Shown: piece by piece, positions 27,895-39,324 of the stretch
How the letters are laid out: the number at the start of each line of letters is the position of its first letter
How positions within the stretch are numbered: the first letter of the stretch is position 1
Source: Eledone cirrhosa
Lineage: Eukaryota
Assembly: GCA_964016885.1 (NCBI GenBank)
Contig: OZ024750.1
Coordinates: forward strand, 3,658,001-3,722,000
Length of the DNA: 64,000 nt
Reading direction: 5' to 3'
Notes under the pieces: model-generated
The model's database searches: none
What the model was told of the DNA's origin: nothing
The model's input: the letters and a program-made list of their open reading frames with translations, nothing else
Translations under genes and position numbers: made by a program

Positions 27895-29611
27895 CTTTGA
27901 AACCACACTGTTCCACTACCACCACCACCACTGCTGCTGGCACCAAAAAGAAGACTTTCTCTCCACATCTACTACTGCCAATTGTGTCCTCGTCAAGGCT
28001 AATTTCCCTAAGTTTTCCTCCATACAGCAGCAGGTTTTAACCTACAACTGCCCCTTGTCAATTTGGCAGTTTTAATTCAGAGCATTCTCTCACAATTCTA
28101 CACTCTGATAGACATTTGTACCAATTCTGATTTTTTGTTTGTAATTTTTTTTAATTACCTCAGACTGCTATTTTGTGATATCTTTTTAGAATTCCTTCAA
28201 TATGAGAAGTTTGCTCTTTTAAACTTTTCTTATTTTTTAACCGAACTGAATTTTTATTATCTGTGTTACGGCATTGAAGGTTTTTACTTCTGGAATGGCT
28301 ATAACACGGTGTGAAGCCATGCTAAACTTAGCTGAGAGCTTTAAAAAAAAAAATGGGAAAATGCTTGTTGTTTTGCTTTGTTTTTGCTATTTCTTTTTAA
28401 CATAAATGAGTTTTTCACTGTTTCTGCTGAGTTGATGTCTGGTGTTATAAAGCTATCATTTTTTTGGTTTTTTTTAAAACTCTTAAATCCTGATTTGTTT
28501 CTCACCTCAGCAGGGCATTTGGTGAGTTGCAAAAAAAAATGGGGTCTGTGTTTACTACTTCTGGCAATAAAAGTGATGAATTATTTACTGTAATAAAATA
28601 TGAAAAAGTATTTACACACACTCATGTACACACACACATACACACACACACACACACAGATACACTTTTGTCATCATATTCTGTCTCTGCTCATTTCTAT
28701 CTCTTATTTCTCCAGTACTTTATTCTCTACTCTTTACTGGCCCCAAACTTTCTTCTATCAATAGGGATCCATATCTCTTCTCTAAATTCTGTCTCCCCTA
28801 TTCCTCCGTTTCTCCCCCCCCCCCCCCTTATCATATCCTCCAATATCTTATCCATCTATCAAACTCTGTTTACCTCATATCTTCTATTTCAACTTCATCT
28901 TCAACTCTACTTCATGGATTTCTCCCCTAATAATAATAATAACAATGGTTTCTTTATTGGCCACAAGAGCTAACACGAAGAAAAACATTACAGACGGCAC
29001 AGAACTGTAGAGGACGATACAAAGTGGGTTTTGGCCGTGTAAAAAAAGGTTATAACAAGAAGATAGAAATATCAAAATAATAATAATAATAATAATAATG
29101 ATTCTATGATTCTTTCATTACACCACAGATGCATACATAACATTTTATAATGTTATATTGTCTGTTATTTCTTCAAAATGTTTCTGTCATATAAACAAAA
29201 TTACAAAGAGTGAGTAAAATGTTTTTTAAAGAAATGTCCATTATTGAGATTTTGATATTGTTGTTTATTGTTTATTGTAGAAACGGGAAAGGAGGGAATA
29301 AATAAAAGAAACTGGTTTTCTTCTAATCAGGGATGGGAACTTAATAAACAAATTATGAAATATTTGGCTTTTTAAAACAAATTTGATATAATGTAAATTG
29401 CCCAAATACAACAGCACTGGCTTTACATAATTTACAGTATTCAAAAATTTATTTTGTCTTTCTTTAAAAAAAAAAATTTACAATACTTTAAAAAAAATTA
29501 AACAGGCATTCTATTTGTGTATTTATTTATTTTTATTTTATTTTATTTTTCATTTCCCAGTCTAAGACGTTTTTCTACTTGCATGAACTTCCTCGCTAAA
29601 GTTCTAATTCC

Positions 29612-29827
29612 TTAACCCTTTAGCATTTACATTATTCTATATATACAATTGTATTTTTGTGGTAAAGGCTTTACCTCACATAATATTGAATCTACAAGAT
29701 TTTGATGTTATTTATTTTGAGAACAATACCTTATTGTCAGTATGAGCGGCCGGTTACGACTGGTTTGAACAGAAAGAGGTGAGAGAATTATGGCCGGATA
29801 TGGCTGGTTTAAATGCTAAAGGGTTAA
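29612..29827 (+). mobile_element. piggyBac-like MITE family A
   Basis: TTAA flanks, perfect TIRs. Confidence 0.9.
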
Positions 29828-30234
29828 ATATATATTATTTTGGGACTCTGAGCTGTTGCTCAATCATAACTGCTCTCTGTAGCCTTTCATGCTGTTACTA
29901 AACTCTTGTTATTTCTTCTTAACTGCTATACCATTCAACAAACCGCACAAGCATGGCAGAATTATTTTTTTTATCAATGTTACAATGTTACTACACAATG
30001 TAAGAGGCTGTTGTTATTTCTAGCGTATTTCTTTTGATTTCTATTTTCATAGTTTTGCATATTGTTATATCTATTATATGCATTCCGAATTTTGTGAGGG
30101 TTCCCATATTCCTTTATATGCTGGAGATTTTCTTTTTACAGTGTGTATATTCTCATTATATATGTATGTAGGTTATATACAGAATATATATGTACATAGT
30201 GTATATATTTTATATACATAATATGTATATATAT

Positions 30235-30585
30235 GTTTATCCCAGGTTCAATCGGGGGTAACCACAAGGTACTCAATACATAAAAAAGTCTAAAGTCTAA
30301 TTTTCAGCTGAGTATACTGGAGCAACGTGAAATGAAGTGTCTTGCTCAAGAACACAACATGCAACCCAGGAATCGAACCCCCGACATTATAATCGTAAGT
30401 CCAACACCCTTACCACTAGGCCACGTGGCTCCACACTCAATACATAGCAGAGTATAAATATTTTAATATAGAAATGGCTTCTACAGGACTAGAACTGTTT
30501 CATTTGGGAGAAATCATCAGAGCTTTCCTGATTATTTCTCCCGAATGAAACAGTTCTAGTCATGTAGAAGCCATTTTTATATTAT
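30235..30585. mobile_element. Family H1 element (-) interrupted by a SINE, fused head-to-head with a partial (+) copy
   Basis: Same sequence as 15893-16035 in reverse (30235-30282 + 30435-30520), then an inverted partial copy 30521-30585. Confidence 0.7.
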
Positions 30586-33500
30586 ATATATATATATATA
30601 TTTATATATCATCATCATCATTCTATGTCCACTTTTCCATGTTTTTTTGTTGTTTTTTTTTTGGCAAAATTTTGTGGATGGATTCCTTTCCTGTCACCAA
30701 CCACTTTACAGCATGGACTGAGTGCATTCTTCATGCCACCAACACTAGAGAGGTTCTCTGACTGGACAGATGAGTCCTCTCCACCCTGTGCAGTCTTATT
30801 TTATTCAGAATGACAGCTCTCCTAGATAGGCTGCCTTCTCTGCAGCTTACAGAGCTCACATCTAACCCTAAAATGGTGATGATACACACACACACACATA
30901 TATATATGTGTGTTTGTGTGTGTGTGTGAATAAACATAGAGTGATGATGATATATACAATTACATACACACGTGTATGTATATGTGTCTCTGTCTTTCTA
31001 TATATACACATACACACTCATGTATGTGTGTGTATGTATATATATATATAATTATAATGCTGGAAGGAAAACTCAGTGATTTATCGGGCAATTTTTTTTT
31101 TTACTCTAAAATTTGAAGGGTTAAAATATGACACAATTTTCAAAAAAATAATTTATCATTTCTGCTGGGGGAAGGGGTACATTTTATCTGAAGAAAAAGC
31201 ATAAAATTTGGATAGTTATGAAAAGCAAATATAACCCAAGTTTGGAATCAGCACTCCACTCTGTCCTGCTTTTAACCTTTGTACTACCTGTTGTATATCT
31301 TAAATATTTAAATATATATTATTAAGTTACTAAATTTTATTCTTATCCATAATTAATATCAAGTCAAAGATAAAAATGCTAGCATCATTGGCCAGAAGGT
31401 TATATCAGAATGTATTTATACCATCATGGAAGAAATATTTTAGAGTTAATGTAAGAGTAATATAACATTTTATTATCTTTTTACCAAAAACAATGCCATA
31501 TAATCTTCATCTGAATAGATGGGTTTTTTAATCTTAAATTTCTATGAAAATATTTCTGAAAATATTTTTATGCTTGGCCATTTTATTGTACTCTTAGCAA
31601 TAGAGAATTCTTAAAAAAAAAAGATTTGTATGCATTTTTCTGAAATGTTTAACACAGTAAATTAAACTAAACCTCACCTTCTTTGTATTCCAACATTGCT
31701 TATTGTAATTTCTTTTTGTTGTGAATCCAGTACCAGAAATCTCTTCAAATAATATTCCCTGAATTCCCTGAATTTTTTTATTCATGTAGCTTTTAACTAA
31801 AGATTTATAAATTTAATTAGCTTTTTCTCTATTCTGATCTGACTATATCAATATTACAATTAAAATTGAATTCCTTAACTTATATTCTTGCACAATTAGA
31901 ATGTCTTAACAGTGCCATGATACTGATTACTTTGCCAAATATTTTATAGAATTTAGATTAATTTCTCATTTTATTTATTTAATAAACATATTTTTCTTAT
32001 CTGTATACAAGAATGGAAAGACACTGAAAATAAAACTTTAAAGTCAGGTAGTTTTTTCCATAATCATTACAGATTAGAGAACATTGAAATTGGTATAGAT
32101 TAGAAACTTTACAATATCTTAGTTACTTAATTTTCTGAATTCAAAACCTGCCATGACTAGTCTTATGTTTCATCCTTTCTGATTGATAAAAGTAGTTTTT
32201 CAATCATTTTATTTCTACCTAATAATAATTAAAAAAATTAAAAAAACTTGTACAAAAGAAAAACCATTATTATATATTTTTGTGCCAAAATGTATCACTT
32301 TTTCACAACTTTTACATTAGTATACATTCTATGGCCATTATTATCATTTAATGTAAAGACTTATCATTACCATTCTCTAACAGAGATTTGAGGTGAATGA
32401 GCAAAATATTCTAGTCAAAAGCTCTCTCGTATGCATTTCTCGTGTCTGTTATAAAATGAGAAATGCTTAATCTTTCTTATCAAGCATTTTAAATCCATTT
32501 ATTGTGGTTGAAACTTAGTTTAGTATTTATCTAGCTTTCCTTAATAATCAACCTGTCCAAATATTAATTTAATGTTTTATTATACTGATTTTTTTTCAAT
32601 GCAATATAATTATGAATTTTCTAAATTTTAAATAATTAAGAATTAAAAGAATTTGATTGTTTCTGAATTTGAAAAGGCCAAATTCCACCCATTCAAATTT
32701 GTCAGTTTACTTCTATTATGTAATTTTCAATGTCATTATAAAATTGTCTGGTCATGACTCTAAAATCTCCACACTCTTTATACTGCTTGGACAAATACGA
32801 ATAATCATCATCATCATCACCGTTCAATGTCCATTTTCCATGCTGTAAAATAAATTTTTAAAGTAGCCAAATATTAAATTATTTGTCAAGCATACTACAT
32901 ATTTTTTTTATTTCCTTCTATCAAAGATTTGAACAGATTTAAGTCTTTATACCTTTCATTTGACAGCTTTAGCATTTCCTTTTTCTTTTTAGAAAATTAA
33001 CTATCTCTTTACATTTCCTAGATAATCTCTCAATGTTCATTACCATGGTAATTTATTATGTAAATTGATTGAATTAGCTTTCTTTGGAACCAACATATTT
33101 TTATTCTCATTCTCCACATGAATTCATTTCCAGGCAAAGATCATTGATTTCTTTTGAACTATAAACTAATTACTTTTCAAGTTAATTTCATAAAACTGAG
33201 ATTTTATATAGCTTTAAATATTTCATTGATAATCGCATTCATTTTTTAGAAATAAAGTTATCTCCATTAAAAAATGTCCAAATTTTCTGTTAAAAGTTTT
33301 CATCTAAAACCAAATTATGGTTAGCAGAAAAACGTTTTGTACCCATGAACTCAGCCCTTTATGGTCTGAGTCCAAATCCCGCCGAGGTTAGCTTTGCCTT
33401 TCATCCTTACGGGATCAATAAAATAAAGCACCAGTAATACACTGGTGTCTATTTAATCGACTTTCCCCTCCTCTAAAATTGCTGGCCTTGTGCCTATAGT

Positions 33501-34807
33501 AGAAATCATTAATGTATCTAATGTTTTAATTTGAATTCTGTTATAAAGATTGATCTAGATAATTTAACAAGCTTCAAACCACTAAAATTTCATACCCAAA
33601 TGCCATTATTTTTTTTTAAATTTCAAACCAAACTATTATATGCCAGTGCCTTAAGATTTGAAATTTAATTTAATTTTTTTTCCCACCATTTTTCCACAAA
33701 TTTCATCCACAGTCTTTTTTTTATTTAATTGTAAATGTTTAGATTCTCTATATCCAACTTCAATGTGGCATTTAAAATTGATCTACATGTCAAATTTAAG
33801 ATAAGATATGTTTTAAAATTAGCATTTCTCTTTTATATACGATTTTTGGCACATCTTTCTCAGCGTATAATTTAAGCCCTAAATATTGAAGTTAAAAGCA
33901 CAATAGTAAAATGTCATGGTCATGACTCCAAATTTTGCTTTTTCACAAAATAAATAATAATAATAATAATATAAAATTGAAAATAAAGATAGTTGTTTGT
34001 ATATTGCCATGGAGGCATTTACTTAGTTCTTAATATTTTGGGATAAAATCCCTTCTTCAAAAGAAGAGTTAATGACTAATTAAATACCTCCAACTTTGTT
34101 ATCTTTATTTTTAACATTTAATGTCCTATTTGTATTGCTGTAAAGCTCTACAAAGACACAGTCATTTCTACACTTTCCACGATGCTTCAAGCAAACTAAC
34201 AACACACTCCAATATAAAATTATTTGTGTAAATCATTATTAACAATAAGAATTGTATGTCCTCTACTTTTTGGTGAGAGGGGGAATAAATATATAAATAT
34301 ACAACATCATCACTTTTATGACAGATATTGGTAAATATAATTATATGGTTTAGCTTAGTTTAGTTCCTCTGGGCATCGAACAACATGGCTGTATGACCTG
34401 TGGATAACTTATTGTAATGATTCAATATATTTTTTTCTGAAAATTGTGTCATCTCTCCACCACCAACCCCATTTATATTAAATTAATATTTATGTTATTT
34501 ATTTTTATTCTAATCGAAGATATAATCTGAATAATTTTGCTTTGAAGATAAAAAAAAAACAAAAAGAAACAAGAAAAGGTGAAGAAAAAAATGAAATGTG
34601 AACCTTTAAGATTGTTTTCTGAATTCAGCAAAGAAATGCATATCTGTAGACATATGAACTCAAATAATAAATATAGAGAAATGCTTTGGGTCCACAATAT
34701 ATATATATGATATATAAATAATATATATATATGCTAAAAATGTTATAGTATATAAAATCTTAATATATAAATTAAAATATGCATAGCACATTATATATAT
34801 ATATATA

Positions 34808-34943
34808 CGTTTATCCCGGGTCCAATCGGGGGTAACCACAGTAAGTAAGGTACTCAATACATAACAGAGTGTAAATATTTAATATAGTAAAGCTTCTACG
34901 GGACTAGAACTGTTTCATTCGGGAGAAATCATCCAGAAGCTCT
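34808..34943 (-). mobile_element. Family H1 hammerhead-bearing element
   Basis: Reverse complement AGCTTCTGGATGATTTCTCCCGAATGAAACAGTTCTAGTCCCGTAGAAGCT...TGTGGTTACCCCCGATTGGACCCGGGA; (TA)n on both flanks; core altered (CTGGATGA). Confidence 0.7.
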
Positions 34944-34967
34944 TTATATATATATATATATATATAT

Positions 34968-35155
34968 AACAAATGTAATCTGAGTTTTTCAAATATTAAT
35001 AATAATATTTGATTCGTTTGCAATTATGCAAACAAGCTTCAATTTTATAGCCATGTCAGTAGAATGACATGACTATAAAATTGAGGCTTGTTTGCATAAT
35101 TGCAAACGAATAGAATATTATTATTAATATTCGAAAAACTAAGATTACATTTGTT
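34968..35155. repeat. ~188-bp near-perfect palindrome
   Basis: AACAAATGTAATC...TTCGTTTGCAATTATGCAAACAAGC..CATGTCA / TGACATG..GCTTGTTTGCATAATTGCAAACGAA...GATTACATTTGTT with a ~6-nt loop. Confidence 0.9.
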
Positions 35156-35206
35156 GTATTCAGCCATGTAGAGCGAAAATTTCCTTTTATATATACACCA
35201 GGATTT

Positions 35207-35267
35207 TTTCATTCTGATGACTGAAAGCAAATTTTGTTTGCTTTCAAGAAACCACTGGTAAATGAAA
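35207..35267 (+). ncRNA. Type I hammerhead ribozyme motif
   Basis: Stem I TTTCATT/AATGAAA; CTGATGA 35214-35220; stem II TGAAAGCAAA/TTTGCTTTCA; GAAA 35248-35251; stem III ACCA-C-TGGT; GUA cleavage triplet, predicted cut after 35260. Confidence 0.75.
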
Positions 35268-38200
35268 TAATTATCTTATGTTGTTTATTACATAACTAAT
35301 AAGCTCTGTAACCTACATAGAGCACTCTTTTTTCCTGGACCTTTCCGATGGAATTACTTCATTTACACACATATATATATATATAAAATACTCTGTGGTT
35401 CTGTTTCTTTACACAATGAAGGTTAGACATAGTAAGCAAGAAAAAAACATACTGATATGAATTTGGTTTTATTTGATGCTAAATGTTATGGTTACTATCA
35501 ATTAAAACCTTTGTTTGTTATTTTTTGTTTTTTTCTTTGCTTTTTTTTTATTTCTAAGTGTCTATATAAAACTTTGTATGCGTGTTAAATACAAACCTAC
35601 TTATAGTATTGTTACAAAATTATATTTGTGTATATTGTTATGCATATATATATATAATCCTATTTGGATATAGCCATCCAATAATCCATATGATATTATG
35701 TACATGTATAATATTCCTGTTATCATATACATGCGGAAAAAGAAAAAAATTGTAAAATTAGTTCCTATGTGTACATATATGCATATCTTTACCTAATTGT
35801 TATTTATCAATTTTATAAACCAGATCTATCCTCATCTTATTATCAAATCTGCTAGAGATGCAATCCAAGAGTATCTTCCTTATTTTGCTATTTTCAAGTT
35901 GTCTATGTTTTATATATATGCAAGTATGTATGTGTGTATATAGGTGTGTGTGCAGTTATATATTTAGATGTACCAGGAAACAATACAATTTATATCACAA
36001 GATATTAAACGTAATATCTAATACAATCTGGCCACAATGTTTCACTTTCATGGCTCTTCAGAGGTTATCAACTCCTTCTCCAGGAAGTCAAACATTCTAA
36101 CAATGTTAATCATTAACAATTATCTGTACAATGAAGTTTGTAACTACACTCTTCACCCCTTCAGTTTATAATAGAAATAACTGTGTTTCACCTCACTCTA
36201 AGAATTTTGTCCTGACTTGGCTGTAATATATAGCAACAGATGCTTAAAGATTACCTTCTCCATATTTACCTGAAGAGCTATGGAAGTGAAATATTGCACC
36301 CAGTTTCAGAAATCTTTTATTAGACATTTTGTTTAAATGACTATGCTGTTTCCTAATATATAAAAATGATGATGATGTATAACTGCACACAAAAATAACT
36401 GCGTTGTCTACAAATTATTTGCAAATTGTCCAAAATATATCGAGCACTCTGTATCAAGCATTTATGTATCAAATAGTCGCAATATTGATTGTATTTATGA
36501 GATAAAATGTTAATATTATTTTTAATTTCTTCTAGAAAGAAATTTATATGTTTATGAACAATTTTTTTTTAATGTTTATCATAAACTGAATAAAAAATGT
36601 TTTGCAGTATTATAATCCTTGTTTGCCAAGCTTATAACTTTATCATAATATCATAGAATACTATATAGAGATATATGAAACAAGAATCTGAATTAGTTTC
36701 AATAGTGCCTTTTTATATGAAGATTTATCATATCTGCTCACACATGTCAAAACTCTTGGAATATTGGCACCAGCTGTTCCCAAGGTGTTTTGTGTATGTT
36801 AAAAAGGAAGTTCATAAATAAAGTATATAGACATCAAAGAATTAAACTATCCAAATTCTATCAGTATTGGTCAATAGACATTTCCCAATTCCAACATTAT
36901 GATACCTGAAATCCTTCTAAAAATTATTCTTAAGGCTACAGAAATTCTTTTTTTTTCTTTTCTTTTTTTTTTCATATTCAAAGTATAAAGCATATTAAAT
37001 GCTACTCTTAATAAATTCCTAAACAAACCAAGTTATTCTTGACTTTTAAGGAAATGTCTGTATTTATCTTTTGTAGTTATTAAAGATTTATTTGCAAAAT
37101 ATTCCTTTTAAATGGAGTTTATTTTATATTTTATTTCATATCATTTCATAGAAGTGCTTTGGCAAATTAATTAAGATTCTGGCCAGCTGAACAGACCATT
37201 AACCCTTTAACATTTAAACTGGCCGTATCTGGCCAGAATTTTCCCACCGCGTTTTGTTCAAATGTGAAGCAACTGAGAGTACATGATTCCCCGCTAGACA
37301 AGACACCAATCTATCACATGGTTAATACCTCAGCTATTGCTGGTGATACTCCTTTTCAGCAGAGCATACTGGAGCAACATGAAATGAAGTGTTTTGCTGA
37401 AGAACACAACATACAATCCAGTCCAGGAATCAAACCCATGACATTATGATTGTAAGTCCAACACCCTTACCACTAGGCCATGTACCTCCACCAGGTTTAC
37501 AAGGCAAGGAGATTAATTGAAAGAAAAAAGCTTGCCAACGTCCTGCAATGCAAAGGATCAGAGATGTTAGGCGTACCAAGTTACAAATACAGCCAGTGTA
37601 TATGCCATTATGCTTATATAATGCAATGTTTTATTGCTTTGAGTTCAAACCACACTAAAACCAACATTATCTTCCATTTTCTTTTTAAGATAGAATATAG
37701 TAACTACTATATATATATAAGAAAGCTCATTGCTAGAACAGCCATTAAAACAGCTAAATGCTGTCAAAGACAGTGATGGGCAAAAATGCCTCAGAAGAGA
37801 GAGACCAGTGACCAATGGTCAATAGAGCAACAAGCCACAAGGTGGGTGAGAGGCAGATGAAATATAGAAAAGATAGGTGTGTTGGTGCACAGAAGTGACT
37901 GGATTAAGGAAATAAAGAAAGGTGATGTACAAGACAAGTTTATACACACATCTTCACCCTCATCAGCTCTCAAACCAACAAATTGGTTTTGCATGATTTA
38001 ATTGAGAGTACCAAATGTCAGATCATGCAACAGAAAAATAAATCTTCCTGGAATGGTCATGATTTGAATGCCTTTGGAGGGGTTTGGATTTAATAATATA
38101 ACTAATTTACTCATCATTAAGCTGTTGTTTGGAACATAACTTAAAGGATCCTGCATGAAATTATGATGGAAGATTTTGAAATAAATATTAACACTTCAAA

Positions 38201-38577
38201 CTAAAGTTTTGTACAGTAGAACCAGGGGTGGTTTCTTATCAAGAGGGTTAATTGGTGGTTTACTAGACTAAAGCTGACGTGATGTTAAACAATAACAACC
38301 ACACGACTTTAAATAAAATGAGGTTGTGAAATAAGCTTTAAAAAAACATTAAATCACTTTAATGTCAAGATTTCAAAATTACCATATTAGATATGCTTGC
38401 ATTAATTAGAAAATCTGTTGTTTTGTATGCAAATGACAGCTTCAAAACCCTAAATATGTGTGTCATTGCTTTGAAATTAAATAATGTTGAACGTTTTTTT
38501 GTTTTTATATAGTTATAGTTTTATAGTTTTAATTAAATTTCCCATTTATATATATATATATAACAGCACGTTACACT

Positions 38578-38643
<66 letters not shown>

Positions 38644-38644
<1 letters not shown>

Positions 38645-38771
38645 TTTATCCCAGGTTCAATCGGGGGTAACCACAGTAAGTAAGGTACTCAATACATAGC
38701 AGAGTATAAATATTTAATATAGAAATGGCTTCTACAGGACTAGAACTATTTCATTTGGGAGAAATCATCAG
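38644..38771 (-). mobile_element. Family H1 hammerhead-bearing element, truncated just before CTGATGA
   Basis: Reverse complement CTGATGATTTCTCCCAAATGAAATAGTTCTAGTCCTGTAGAAGCC...CCCCCGATTGAACCTGGGA, next to (TA)n. Confidence 0.7.
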
Positions 38772-39324
38772 TCTACACTGTAAAGTGCTCATGTAAGTGT
38801 TGTGACAAAAAGTGCTTAGTCCACACTGTAAAGTAGTCGTTTTGGTGCCACAATAAAAAGCAGCCAGCGCACACTGTAAATGTGGTTGGCATTAGGAAGG
38901 GCATCTGTAGAAACCAAGCCAGAAACAGTTCTGTATTAGCAAGATAAGGTCATCTGATCTAACTTGTCTCACAATTGGACAATTCATCGAACCCATGCTA
39001 GCATGGAAAATGAACTTTAAATGATAATGATGATGATGATATATATGATAGTTATATAAAGAGATGATATGGTCAAGTAATATCAATAACAAGATAGGAT
39101 TACTGCCTATAACCTACTTTTGAACTAGTGAAGAGGAGATGCTGTAATCTCTTAACCTAATTAAACCTGAACTTTGGACTTGAAGTATGTCAAAGTAACT
39201 TTATCTATGAAACTATATCTTTGATAATATCATTTGCAACTAAGGTAGAAAAATATATAACACAAGTGACTTCATATTAGATAAAATACCTAAAGAAACT
39301 CCTTATACATAGAACAACTTTGTC

